Below are positions 26,871-35,878 of a stretch of DNA of 35,878 bases, piece by piece. The notes under the pieces are model-generated. The model was given only the letters and a program-made list of their open reading frames with translations. It did not search any database and was not told the DNA's origin. Numbering within the stretch: position 1 is the first letter of the stretch; every line of letters starts with the position of its first letter. Source of the stretch: Candidatus Aerophobota bacterium. GTDB lineage: Bacteria > Aerophobota > Aerophobia > Aerophobales > B3-G15. The translations under genes and the position numbers were made by a program. The stretch lies in NCBI GenBank assembly GCA_021162265.1, contig JAGGZA010000001.1:1-35878 (forward strand). Direction: 5' to 3'.

Positions 26871-28085
26871 ATGAGTTCTTCATTTCTGAGAAAAGACCTG
26901 GCAAAAAGAATAAAAGAAATTAAAAAAGCTGATATTGTAGTAGGTATTCCAAGCTATTACAATGAGGACACAATAGAAAATGTATTATATCAGGTAAGCA
27001 GGGGACTTCTGGAGTTCTATCCTGATTTTAAAAGTGTAATTATCGTGTCTGATGGTGGTTCTACTGATGATACCCGGGAAAAAGCTGAAATGGTAAATAC
27101 AGGAAAGGTAGAAAAAATAATAACCATCTACAAAGGTCCTGCTGGGAAGGGCAGCGCCTTGCGGTCAGTATTTGCTACCGTATGTAACCTTGAAGCTAAG
27201 GTTGGCTTATGTATTGATGCTGACCTTCGTTCCATCAGTCCTGAATGGATAAAAAAATTAGCAGGACCAATTATAGAAGAGGAATGTGATTTTGTTGCTC
27301 CTTTGTATCTTAGACACAAGTACGATGCAACTATAACTAATGATATAGCTTATCCTCTAACAAGAGCCTTATATGGAGTAAGAGTTCGCCAACCAATTGG
27401 AGGAGATTTTGCCTTTTGTAGAGAACTTGCTCTGGAATACCTGGAGCAAGAGGTATGGAATTCTGATGTTGCAAGATTTGGCATAGACATTTTTATGACA
27501 ACCACAGCTATATGCCAGGGATATAGAATTGGAGAATCTCCCCTGGGAGCTAAGTCTCACAACCCAAAAGACCCAATTAGCCTTACACCCATGTTCAGAC
27601 AGGTAGTTGGGACAATGTTTGACCTGGCAGAAAAATACGAAAAAAGATGGAAAAAAATAAGGGGAAGTGTAAGCCCCAGAATAACTTGTGAGGTTGAATT
27701 TGCAAGACCAGAGGAGGTAAAATTATCCACGGAAAGGTTAGAAAAAAATTTCAGAGCAGGATGGGAAAGATTCTCCACACTCTGGAAGGAAATTCTGGAA
27801 AATCTAAACTTCAAACATTTAAAAAGAGTAAGAGAGGGAAAAGACCTTCTATATGCTTCTCCCTGGGCCAAAATAGTTTACGACTATATGGCAGCTCATC
27901 ATAAAAAAATCAATAATATAGAAAGAGAACACCTTCTATGGAGTCTTGTTCCCATTTACCAGATCAGAATAGCTTCTTTTATAAAGGAAACAGAACAGAT
28001 GAGCAGTGAACAAGCTGAGAGATTAATTGAAGATCAGGCTCAAACATTTGAGGATTTCAAGGATTACCTTGTAGAAAGATGGTAA
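26871..28085 (+). CDS. GT-A fold glycosyltransferase resembling mannosylglycerate / glucosylglycerate synthases
   Basis: The only plus-strand gene. I prefer the ATG at 26871 (MSSSFLRK...) because GGAGGAG lies at 26861-26867. The ORF track starts at GTG 26751. Motifs: VGIPSYYNEDTI, VSDGGSTDDT, GKGSAL, IDADLRSISPEWIKK (DXD), QPIGGDFAF, GIDIFMT. The order and spacing recall Rhodothermus-type mannosylglycerate synthase, from memory. Confidence 0.55.
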   Translation: MSSSFLRKDLAKRIKEIKKADIVVGIPSYYNEDTIENVLYQVSRGLLEFYPDFKSVIIVSDGGSTDDTREKAEMVNTGKVEKIITIYKGPAGKGSALRSVFATVCNLEAKVGLCIDADLRSISPEWIKKLAGPIIEEECDFVAPLYLRHKYDATITNDIAYPLTRALYGVRVRQPIGGDFAFCRELALEYLEQEVWNSDVARFGIDIFMTTTAICQGYRIGESPLGAKSHNPKDPISLTPMFRQVVGTMFDLAEKYEKRWKKIRGSVSPRITCEVEFARPEEVKLSTERLEKNFRAGWERFSTLWKEILENLNFKHLKRVREGKDLLYASPWAKIVYDYMAAHHKKINNIEREHLLWSLVPIYQIRIASFIKETEQMSSEQAERLIEDQAQTFEDFKDYLVERW

Positions 28086-28160
28086 ATATTGCTTAATACT
28101 TTCTGGTATTTTTTCAAGCTGAGCATAATTAATAAATAAATTTTTTAACAGAAAAGTTTT

Positions 28161-28730
28161 TTAAAAAAGGAAATCAACCCTGCTATACCTTTTCGCTCCC
28201 TCCTGATAAAGGTCATTTCCATTCACATCGTTAACCACAATTACCGGGAAATCTTTTACCTCTAATTTGTGAATAGCCTCTGTCCCTAAATCCTCGTAGG
28301 CTATAACCTCTGCTTTTTTGACATGTTGCGATAAAAGAGCACCAGCTCCTCCAATGGCTGCAAAGTAAATAGCCCTGTACTTTCTTATAGCATCCTTTAC
28401 CCTGTCTGAACGAAAACCCTTTCCTATCATTCCCTTCATGCCAGCTTCTAAAAGAAAAATAGTATAAGGGTCCATTCTGGAGCTTGTGGTGGGTCCGCAA
28501 GAACCAATAACCCTGCCCGGTGGTGCAGGCGCAGGACCCACATAGTAAATTACCTGACCCTGCAGGTCAAAAGGGAGGGGCTTTTTTACCTTAAGTGCTT
28601 CTACCATCCTTTTATGTGCCGCATCACGAGCAGTATAGATAACTCCATTAAGCAAAACCTTATCTCCAGCTTTAAGCCTTTCCACATCCTCGGAGGATAG
28701 GGGAGTGGTTAACTTAATTTCAGATTGCAT
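28161..28730 (-). CDS. Fe-S-type (class I) fumarate/tartrate hydro-lyase, beta subunit
   Basis: 189 aa. GVIYTARDAAHKRM, GPAPAPPGRVIGSCGPTTSSRMD and IGKG are typical of the FumA C-terminal/TtdB domain. Confidence 0.85.
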   Translation of the reverse strand: MQSEIKLTTPLSSEDVERLKAGDKVLLNGVIYTARDAAHKRMVEALKVKKPLPFDLQGQVIYYVGPAPAPPGRVIGSCGPTTSSRMDPYTIFLLEAGMKGMIGKGFRSDRVKDAIRKYRAIYFAAIGGAGALLSQHVKKAEVIAYEDLGTEAIHKLEVKDFPVIVVNDVNGNDLYQEGAKRYSRVDFLF

Positions 28731-28747
28731 TATTACATTCCTTCTTA

Positions 28748-29593
28748 TTATATTTCAACCTCTTTATGTCTTGCTGAATGACACTGCATATTTACTGCTA
28801 CTGGCAAGGAAGCAATATGGCAGGGAAACCATTCTATATTTACTGCAAGGGCTGTAATTCTACCTCCTAATCCCTGAGGACCAATACCAAGCTCATTTAT
28901 CCCTGCAAGAAGTTCCCTTTCAAGCTCAGCATATCTTGGATCGGGATTATACTCGCCTACCTTTCTCAAAAGAGCTTTTTTTGCAAGGTATGCGGCATAC
29001 TCAAAGTCTCCTCCAATTCCAACTCCTACAACTACAGGAGGACAGGGATTGGAACCTGCCTTTTTCACTGTTTGAATCACAAAATCCTTCACTCCTTTCA
29101 CCCCATCTGCAGGCTTTAGCATACAGAGTCTACTCATATTCTCTGCCCCACCCCCTTTGGGAGCAACCACAATTTTTATCCTGTCACCGGGGATAGTCCT
29201 GGTGTATATCAAACAGGGAGTATTATCTCTGGTATTTATGCGACTAAAAAGGGGATCGGAAACCACAGACTTTCGCAGGTATCCTTCAGTATAACCCTGT
29301 CTTACCCCTTCATTTATTGCATCCTCAAGGTATCCTTCTACAATCTGCACCTTTTGCCCCAGCTCTATAAAAAAAACAGCAATTCCTGTATCCTGACAGA
29401 GAGGAATTCTTTCCTTTTTAGCAACTTCAATATTTTTTAATATCTGTTGCAAAATATCCCTGCCTAATGGAGATTCTTCTTTCTCGTACCCCTTTTTTAG
29501 CACATCAACAACATCCTCGGGAAGGTAATAATTGGCATCTATACATAATTTTTTAACTGCTGCTGTTATCTTATCTGCCCTTACTCTTCTCAA
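28748..29593 (-). CDS. Fe-S-type (class I) fumarate/tartrate hydro-lyase, alpha subunit
   Basis: 281 aa. [12 protein letters not shown] and [10 protein letters not shown] motifs. TTG start with AAGGAGAGAGG upstream. Confidence 0.85.
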   Translation of the reverse strand: MRRVRADKITAAVKKLCIDANYYLPEDVVDVLKKGYEKEESPLGRDILQQILKNIEVAKKERIPLCQDTGIAVFFIELGQKVQIVEGYLEDAINEGVRQGYTEGYLRKSVVSDPLFSRINTRDNTPCLIYTRTIPGDRIKIVVAPKGGGAENMSRLCMLKPADGVKGVKDFVIQTVKKAGSNPCPPVVVGVGIGGDFEYAAYLAKKALLRKVGEYNPDPRYAELERELLAGINELGIGPQGLGGRITALAVNIEWFPCHIASLPVAVNMQCHSARHKEVEI

Positions 29594-29611
29594 TTCCTCT
29601 CTCCTTTAAAT

Positions 29612-30964
29612 TTAATCCCCTGGAGCCTGCGGGATTATCTTTTCTTCCATTAAAATTTTCACAGTATCTCTTGCTCTCTTTATTATGGAGGAGGCTTTTT
29701 TGTAAAGTTCCTCTTCTGTAATATTTACCCTGGCCACTCCCTGTTCAATTGCCTTCATTCCTACTGCAACAGCTTCTCTTGGGAAAACTTCCCACTCATC
29801 CATATTGGGAACAATATACTCCTCACTTAGCCCCTTATCCTCTGCACACCTTGCAATCTCTCTTGCAGCAGCTACACACATCTCATCAGTAATAGTCCTT
29901 GCCCTTACATCCAACGCTCCTCTAAATATCCCGGGAAAACCAAGAGAGTTATTCACCTGATTGGGAAAATCTGACCTTCCCGTTGCAAATATCCTTGCTC
30001 CTGCTTCCTTTGCCTCCCAGGGCCACATTTCAGGTATGGGATTAGCCATGGCAAAGATTATACTATCCTTTGCCATTCCCTTAACCCATTCCGGTTTGAT
30101 TGTACCAGGACCAGGCTTTGAACAGGCAATACATACATCTGTTCCCTCCATTGCCTCCCTTATACCTCCTCTTTTTTTATCCGAATTGGTCTTCAGACAG
30201 ATATCCCACTTTTTTTTATCTTTTTCCCTGTCGATATCTCCCCTATCGGGATGTAAAATTCCCCTGCTATCGGTCATAACTATATTACCGGGCAGGACTC
30301 CGGCAAATATAAGGAGTCTTGCTATAGCCATATTTGCCGCTCCTGCTCCAACCATTGAAACCTTAACCTTATCAATATCCTTTTTAACAATTTTAAGTGC
30401 ATTAAAAAGCCCGGCTAAGGTTATAGCGGCAGTTCCCTGCTGATCATCATGCCATACAGGTATTTCCATCTCCTCTCTTAATTTATCCAGGATATAGAAA
30501 CACTTGGGTTTCTCGATATCCTCAAGATTTATACCACCAAAAGAAGGTTGCAGCCACTTAACTGCAGTAATTATCTCATCAGCATTTTTTGTATCAAGGC
30601 ATATGGGGAAAGCATCAACTCCTCCAAGATACTTAAACAAAAGCGCCTTGCCCTCCATTACTGGAAGACCTGCTTCGGGACCTATATTTCCCAATCCAAG
30701 TACTCTTGTCCCATCAGAAACAACAGCTACAGTATTCCACTTATTTGTATTCTCGTATACTTTCTCCTTATCTTTCTCTATTAATCGGCAAGTTTGAGCT
30801 ACTCCAGGTGTGTACCAGATAGCAAAATCATTAAAATCTCTTATAACACACTTTGGCACCATCTCTATTTTCCCTCGATAAAAGGGATGAAGTTTTAAAG
30901 CATCTTCGCCTGGCTTTTTAGCCTTTGCGAGAAGTTCCTCTCTGGTAAGCTTTCTTTCTGGCAT
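29612..30964 (-). CDS. NAD(P)-dependent malic enzyme (short prokaryotic type)
   Basis: 450 aa. YTPGVA, VVSDGTRVLGLGNIGP, FGGINLEDI and MVGAGAANMAIA dinucleotide-fold motifs. Confidence 0.88.
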   Translation of the reverse strand: MPERKLTREELLAKAKKPGEDALKLHPFYRGKIEMVPKCVIRDFNDFAIWYTPGVAQTCRLIEKDKEKVYENTNKWNTVAVVSDGTRVLGLGNIGPEAGLPVMEGKALLFKYLGGVDAFPICLDTKNADEIITAVKWLQPSFGGINLEDIEKPKCFYILDKLREEMEIPVWHDDQQGTAAITLAGLFNALKIVKKDIDKVKVSMVGAGAANMAIARLLIFAGVLPGNIVMTDSRGILHPDRGDIDREKDKKKWDICLKTNSDKKRGGIREAMEGTDVCIACSKPGPGTIKPEWVKGMAKDSIIFAMANPIPEMWPWEAKEAGARIFATGRSDFPNQVNNSLGFPGIFRGALDVRARTITDEMCVAAAREIARCAEDKGLSEEYIVPNMDEWEVFPREAVAVGMKAIEQGVARVNITEEELYKKASSIIKRARDTVKILMEEKIIPQAPGD

Positions 30965-31102
30965 TATTTTCTCTCCTCTTTATGTTTTTTCTCCCGCTAC
31001 TTTCCATAAGTGAAAGTATATTTTTTATTTGAGAAGAAAATCGTGAAATTCCTCATCTCACTGACGAAGGAGGTAAGAATCCTACTTTTAAAAAACTCTT
31101 TT

Positions 31103-32038
31103 TTACCTTCCCACAAAGTTTATAACTTCCTTTGCTATATCTTCTGCTCTTAATTTGAATTTTGCCTTCATCTCTTCATTTGTTCCGGATTTCCCAAAAA
31201 CATCCCTTATTCCTATTCTCTTAATCCTTACAGGATACCTTTCCGCAACAACCTCGCAAACAGCAGAGCCTAATCCTCCAATAATGTTATGATTCTCCAC
31301 TGTTACTATCCTGCCTGTTTCCTCGGCTGCCTTCACAATAATCTCCTCATCAACTGGTTTTATGCAGCTCATATTAATTACTCTTGCATCAATACCCTCT
31401 TTCTCCACAAGAGAAGCTGCCTTAAGAGTATCCTCAACCATTGCTCCTGAGGAAATCAAGGTAACATCTTTCCCCTCTCTTAAAACCAAAGCCCTCCCCA
31501 GCTGAAATTTGTAATCCTGAGGGACAATTTGAGGCATAGGGTCTCTTCCAATTCTGAGATATACAGGACCATCGTAATTGCAGGCAAACTCAATAACTCT
31601 CTCTGTCTCAGTAGCATCCACAGGTTCAATAACAACCATATTGGCAATTGACCTCATGATGGCTATATCTTCCAGCGCCTGATGAGTTGCACCATTCTTC
31701 CCCACAAAAAGCCCGACATAGCCTCCAACGATCTTAACATTTAACCTTGGATAGGCACAAGATACTGTTACCTGGTCACAAACCCTTCTTGAGGCAAAAC
31801 AGGCAAAAGTTGTGGCAAAGGGAATAAAACCAAGAGTAGAAAGACCTGCAGCAATTCCTATCATGTTTTGTTCAGCAATTCCTACAGGTATAAACCTCTG
31901 GGGAAAACTTTCTCTAAAGTAAGAGGTTTTGGTGGAAGGGGCAAGGTCTGCATCTAAAACCACAATATTGGGATTTTCTTCTCCTAATCTCACCAGAGTT
32001 TTCCCAAAAGCCTCTCTTGGGGCTATTCTATCAGACAT
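31103..32038 (-). CDS. Transketolase, C-terminal (pyrimidine-binding) subunit
   Basis: 311 aa. FPQRFIPVGIAEQNMIGIAAGL motif. Its start directly abuts the stop of the N-terminal subunit gene. Confidence 0.88.
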   Translation of the reverse strand: MSDRIAPREAFGKTLVRLGEENPNIVVLDADLAPSTKTSYFRESFPQRFIPVGIAEQNMIGIAAGLSTLGFIPFATTFACFASRRVCDQVTVSCAYPRLNVKIVGGYVGLFVGKNGATHQALEDIAIMRSIANMVVIEPVDATETERVIEFACNYDGPVYLRIGRDPMPQIVPQDYKFQLGRALVLREGKDVTLISSGAMVEDTLKAASLVEKEGIDARVINMSCIKPVDEEIIVKAAEETGRIVTVENHNIIGGLGSAVCEVVAERYPVRIKRIGIRDVFGKSGTNEEMKAKFKLRAEDIAKEVINFVGR

Positions 32039-32911
32039 TTATTCCTCCTTCATCTGGGATAAAGTAAGTTCAATCTCCTCCTGGGGACAACCAAGCTCTT
32101 TAAGAGCCTCTTTAACCTGGTCAACGGACATTGAAACAGCGTGCCATTCAACCTTATCTTCCATAAAGGAAACTCCTTGACCTTTCACAGTATGAGCAAT
32201 TATTAAAGTGGGTTTTCCTTTTATCTTTTTTGCCTCATCTAAAGCATTTATAATCTGGGTAAAGGAGTGTCCATTTATCTCTATAACATGCCAACCAAAA
32301 GATACCCACTTATCATAAAGAGGCTCAAGAGGCATAACTTCATTTATCTTCCCTGAGAGTTCAAGTTTATTGTAATCTATTATTGCAAGGAGATTATCAA
32401 GCTTAAACTTGGAAGCACTCATAGCTGCCTCCCATACCTGACCTTCCTGCGCCTCACCATCTCCTAAAAGGGCGTAAACACGAAATGATTTTCCCTTTAA
32501 CTTTGCCCCGAGAGCCATTCCCACTGCTATTGATAAACCCTGTCCCAGAGCACCTGTGCTTGCCTCAACACCTGGACAAAGCCTCATATCTGGATGGCAC
32601 TGAAGGGGACTATCGGGGTGATGAATTGTAAGTAAAATATCTTCTGGTATGAAGCCCTTTTCTGAAAGGACAGCATAAAAAATGGGTGCAGCATGCCCTT
32701 TGGACAGGATAAAACGATCTCTTTCCTCCCAGGCTGGATTTTCAGGGTCTACTTGCAGCTCATAAAAGTACAAGGTGGTAAGAATTTCGGCAATTGACAT
32801 GGAACCACCGGCATGCCCGAAGCCTGATTTTCCTATCATCTTAACTACTTTAATCCTTAACCTGTTTGCTATCTCCTCAAGCTTTTTTCTTTCTACAGGC
32901 TTTTTATTCAT
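32039..32911 (-). CDS. Transketolase, N-terminal (TPP-binding) subunit
   Basis: 290 aa. GHAGGSMSIAEIL, SKGHAAP, LLGDGEAQEGQVWEA motifs. Confidence 0.88.
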   Translation of the reverse strand: MNKKPVERKKLEEIANRLRIKVVKMIGKSGFGHAGGSMSIAEILTTLYFYELQVDPENPAWEERDRFILSKGHAAPIFYAVLSEKGFIPEDILLTIHHPDSPLQCHPDMRLCPGVEASTGALGQGLSIAVGMALGAKLKGKSFRVYALLGDGEAQEGQVWEAAMSASKFKLDNLLAIIDYNKLELSGKINEVMPLEPLYDKWVSFGWHVIEINGHSFTQIINALDEAKKIKGKPTLIIAHTVKGQGVSFMEDKVEWHAVSMSVDQVKEALKELGCPQEEIELTLSQMKEE

Positions 32912-32938
32912 TTTTCAGCTCCTTTTAAAAAATAAGAT

Positions 32939-33745
32939 TTACAGAAGTTTGCGCACAAATTCAATTCCCTTTTTTGCAGCTGTATCAGGGTCCGGCAGAG
33001 GAAAAATCTCAAGGGATAAAAAACCCTCATAACCTATCTCCTTTAGTGCAGATAAAATCTCCTCAAAGTTAATGTGTCCATACCCGGGAGCCCATCTATT
33101 GCTATCTACAATATGGACATACCCTATTAAACCCTCAGCCTCTAAGATACTTTCTTTAAAGGAGGATTCCTCTATATTCATGTGGAAGGTATCTATATGT
33201 AAAAACAGGTTATCCTTATCAACTTTTTTTAGAAACTCCTTTCCTTCAGATACATTGTTTAACCAGTTAACCTCATACCTGTTAATCATCTCAATATAGA
33301 TGTCAATTCCTCTCTCCTTAGCAAAATCACAGCATCTTTTGCAGGCATCAACTGCCCAGTAAATAGCCTTTTCCCTATTGGAATTATCTGGCAGACTTCC
33401 TCTCATCAAACCAATAATTACCGGGGCAGAAAATTCAGAAGCAAAACTTATCTGCTCCATAATTCTTTCAATAGCTTTTTCTCTTATCCTCTCATCAGGG
33501 TCTGTAAAAGTTAAACCATCCTTTAAAGCAGCCTGTCCTGTACCTATACCAGCTAAGGAAATTTTATTTTCTTCCAGTACCTTTTTTAATCTTTCTTTAT
33601 CAATAAGTTCAGGTGTCCTTAAAGATATCTCCACTCCATCATACCCAAACTCTGCAAGTTTTCTTATTCCTTCCTCAAACCCTCCCTTGTAAAGAATAGG
33701 ACCAAATTTCGTTTCTTCAACAGAAATAACCCCTGCTATTTTCAT
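32939..33745 (-). CDS. Sugar phosphate isomerase/epimerase (xylose-isomerase-like TIM barrel)
   Basis: 268 aa. GYDGVEI, IEMINRYE, HIDTFHMNIEE, HIVDSNRWAPGYGHINF and SLEIFP are the canonical metal-ligand blocks of this fold. Confidence 0.8.
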   Translation of the reverse strand: MKIAGVISVEETKFGPILYKGGFEEGIRKLAEFGYDGVEISLRTPELIDKERLKKVLEENKISLAGIGTGQAALKDGLTFTDPDERIREKAIERIMEQISFASEFSAPVIIGLMRGSLPDNSNREKAIYWAVDACKRCCDFAKERGIDIYIEMINRYEVNWLNNVSEGKEFLKKVDKDNLFLHIDTFHMNIEESSFKESILEAEGLIGYVHIVDSNRWAPGYGHINFEEILSALKEIGYEGFLSLEIFPLPDPDTAAKKGIEFVRKLL

Positions 33746-33901
33746 CTTGTCCTCCTTCTACACTCATCCTTCTCAACAATATAAATACAAATTATCTTAT
33801 TTACTTCACCCATCCACATTTCGTCAAACTATTCCTCCAACACAACAAATCACAAATCTACACACTCTTAAGTTGATAAGAATAACTTTTCAGTTATATG
33901 C

Positions 33902-34384
33902 CTACAGCTTGTAACCAAAATCTCTCAGCAATTTTTTACGAGCTTTAATATCCTCTTCTTTCTCTACTCCTTTGGAGAAGAAACCATCAATAACTCCAGC
34001 AACACCCCTTCCCTGCTTTGTTTCAACCACTATAACCTGAACAGGGTTTGCTGTAGCGCAAAATACAGAGCAAACTTCAGGACACATCTTAATAGCATTA
34101 AGCACGTTAATTGGAAAAGCATTTTTTAACAAAATTACAAAAACATGTCCACAGGATAAAGCACTTGCATTTTTAATGGCAACTTTTTTAAGCTCTTCAT
34201 CATTCCCCTCTGCTCTGACAAGACATGGTCCCGATGCCTCACAAAAAGCAATTCCAAATTTTATCTGAGGAGATGACGAGGCCATAATCTCGTACAGATC
34301 TTCTGCCGTCTTTATGAAATGAGTTTGTCCCAAAATTATGTTAGCCTCATCCGGTATTTCCATATCTATTACCTTAAATTCCAT
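33902..34384 (-). CDS. Adenosine-specific-kinase-like protein (PF04008 family)
   Basis: 160 aa. NIILGQTHFIKTAEDLYEIMASSSPQIKFGIAFCEASGPCLVR matches my recollection of the family typified by an archaeal Pyrobaculum protein. The physiological function is not firmly established. Confidence 0.6.
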   Translation of the reverse strand: MEFKVIDMEIPDEANIILGQTHFIKTAEDLYEIMASSSPQIKFGIAFCEASGPCLVRAEGNDEELKKVAIKNASALSCGHVFVILLKNAFPINVLNAIKMCPEVCSVFCATANPVQVIVVETKQGRGVAGVIDGFFSKGVEKEEDIKARKKLLRDFGYKL

Positions 34385-34395
34385 CCCTATCCTCC

Positions 34396-35166
34396 TTAAT
34401 CTTTCTTTGCAAGGCGAAGAGCAATAAAATTTAATCCCTGGAGGGTTAAATCGGGATTAATCTCCTTTATCTTATCACACTCTAAACCAATGATTTTCCC
34501 CCAGCCTCCTGTAGCAATAACATTAATCTCTCTACCCATCTCCTTCTCTATCTGTTCCAGGATCTCTTTAACCATTCCAGAGCAGGTATAAAAAATCCCG
34601 GAAATTAAATTATCGGTGGTATTTTTTCCAATAACCCTTAAAGGTTTTTTAAACTCCACAGGAAAAAGTCTTTCTGCTCTCTGCCATAAACTCTCAGAGG
34701 CAACGCGAATACCCGGTGCAATCACCCCTCCTATGTACTCACCCTTATCTGATATAACATCAAATGTCGTAGCTGTGCCGAAATCTACAACTACTGCAGG
34801 TAACTTATACATCTTTCTGACAGCAACAACATTAGCTATCCTGTCAGCTCCAACCTCCTCAGGATTATCGCAGAGGAGAGGAATACCTGCTATTTTGTAA
34901 TTAAGCTCTACAGGGGAAATCCCAAAATACCTTGGTATAGCCTCTCTTATAGCAACAAGAGCACTTTGAACCACAGAGGAAATAACCACCCTTTTTATAG
35001 AAAGTCTCTCTGAAGATATTTCTAACCAATTCCTCAAAACAATACCCCATTCATCAGACTCTTTATCTGGATGAGTTGAGAATATTCCTCTAATAAGCAT
35101 ACTCTCCCCTTTAAAAAGGGCTGTTTTCACAACTGTATTACCAATATCAATAACAAGGTTATTCAT
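34396..35166 (-). CDS. coaX: Type III pantothenate kinase
   Basis: 256 aa. LVIDIGNTVVKTALF, GADRIANVVA, VVDFGTATTFD and IATGG motifs. Confidence 0.88.
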   Translation of the reverse strand: MNNLVIDIGNTVVKTALFKGESMLIRGIFSTHPDKESDEWGIVLRNWLEISSERLSIKRVVISSVVQSALVAIREAIPRYFGISPVELNYKIAGIPLLCDNPEEVGADRIANVVAVRKMYKLPAVVVDFGTATTFDVISDKGEYIGGVIAPGIRVASESLWQRAERLFPVEFKKPLRVIGKNTTDNLISGIFYTCSGMVKEILEQIEKEMGREINVIATGGWGKIIGLECDKIKEINPDLTLQGLNFIALRLAKKD

Positions 35167-35203
35167 AAAAAGATTCTCTTTTTAATATTTTTATCATAAG
35201 CTA

Positions 35204-35878
35204 CTAACTATTGTTAAAACAAGAGAGGGAAGAAAAATCCCGGGAATTTATTATTATCTGAGTGCTATCCTTTAACCCTAAAATTAAGTTTCCTGAGGGA
35301 TTTATTCCCCTAACATACATCATCTCTTCCCTTTCCGGAATAACTATTTTAACAGGCTCCCCCTCAAAGAAAAAAATTCCCTTACCCCAGGTCTGCTGAT
35401 AGCGAAGGTAAAGGCTTTCAAAAACTTTCAGGAAGAGGTCCAGAAAATAAAAGGGATAAACTATTCTACCTGTTTCAAGCAAAAGTGAAGTAGCTAAATT
35501 ACTTAGGGAAGGTGGGAAGTGTTCAACATTAAGATTAACCCCTACTCCCAGTATGGCAAATTCCACTTTACCTCTTTTTGCCTTTATCTTGCACATTGTT
35601 CCCCCTATTTTCTTCCCCTCAAGCATAACATCATTAGGCCAGCTAATATAGGTAAAAAGAGAGTACTTCTTTTCAATCACCCGGACAATCGCCAGGGCAG
35701 CCATCAAGGGATAAATAAAAGTACCATCTGGAGGAGAGGAGGGATGTAAAATTATAGAAAACCATAACCCTCCCGGAGGGGAAAACCAGCTTCTGCCTCT
35801 TCGACCTTCTCCTTTAATTTGTTGATTAGCCATAACTACCGTCCCTTCTTTTTTTCCACCCTCAGCCAATGAAAATGC
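35204..35878 (-). CDS. birA: Biotin--[acetyl-CoA-carboxylase] ligase (5' end outside the window)
   Basis: QIKGEGRRGRSWFSPPGGLWFSIIL is the BirA GRGRxGRxW signature. The frame stays open to the window edge (AFSLAEGG...), and the 'M' in the ORF track is an internal TTG. Confidence 0.85.
   Translation of the reverse strand, partial: AFSLAEGGKKEGTVVMANQQIKGEGRRGRSWFSPPGGLWFSIILHPSSPPDGTFIYPLMAALAIVRVIEKKYSLFTYISWPNDVMLEGKKIGGTMCKIKAKRGKVEFAILGVGVNLNVEHFPPSLSNLATSLLLETGRIVYPFYFLDLFLKVFESLYLRYQQTWGKGIFFFEGEPVKIVIPEREEMMYVRGINPSGNLILGLKDSTQIIINSRDFSSLSCFNNS

Noticed and set aside
28095-28114. Possible terminator AATAC-TTTCTG-GTATT + T-run after the glycosyltransferase gene.
   Set aside because: The stem is only 5 bp with a single G:C pair, too weak to call. 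No better hairpin exists in the convergent gap 28086-28160.
29961-30443. 160-aa plus-strand ORF, with further antisense ORFs at 30504-30797.
   Set aside because: They are antisense to the well-supported malic enzyme gene and have low-complexity, shadow-frame composition.
1-35878. Search for CRISPR repeats, tRNA/rRNA genes, IS elements, integrases, toxin-antitoxin pairs, reverse transcriptases, restriction or defence genes, and prophage genes.
   Set aside because: I found no periodic direct repeats, no cloverleaf-like intergenic sequences and no ORFs with nuclease, recombinase, helicase or RT motifs. Every sizeable ORF is explained by a metabolic, transport or signalling family.

Overview
AT-rich bacterial chromosomal segment. 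By eye I found no rRNA or tRNA genes, CRISPR arrays, transposases, integrases, phage genes or recognisable defence genes. I support 35 coding ORFs, and 34 are on the minus strand with short gaps or overlaps. Reading the minus strand from high to low coordinates: birA (runs off the window) and coaX; a PF04008 adenosine-specific-kinase-like gene; a TIM-barrel sugar-phosphate isomerase plus a split transketolase; malic enzyme plus a two-subunit Fe-S fumarase. Next is the only plus-strand gene, a mannosylglycerate/glucosylglycerate-synthase-like GT-A glycosyltransferase. It is divergent from a tightly packed GalT-like / GAF-degenerate-kinase / GGDEF-HD-GYP gene string. Then come an RRM RNA-binding protein and a DUF374 protein. 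The last ~21 kb is one co-directional block opened by a GntR/FCD regulator whose promoter carries a perfect 12+12 bp palindrome. Behind it lie a UPF0597 (cysteine-desulfidase-like) enzyme, a split Tm-1-like pair (UPF0261 + PEP-hydrolase-like TIM barrel), a 2-enoate/2,4-dienoyl-CoA-reductase-like flavoprotein, a frameshifted GlcD-like FAD oxidase, a GlcF-like Fe-S protein, an SDR epimerase, a FucI/AraA-like isomerase, two complete Liv-type ABC importers (one with a fused LivM-LivG) and the first 37 codons of an M24-type peptidase. The best candidate for something undescribed is this GntR-headed cluster of poorly characterised enzymes coupled to the two importers. A second candidate is the c-di-GMP / nucleotide-sugar / compatible-solute-like locus at 23-28 kb. 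Neither is a discrete defence or mobile system. All functional calls come from motif and family recognition in the translated ORFs; no database search was run.
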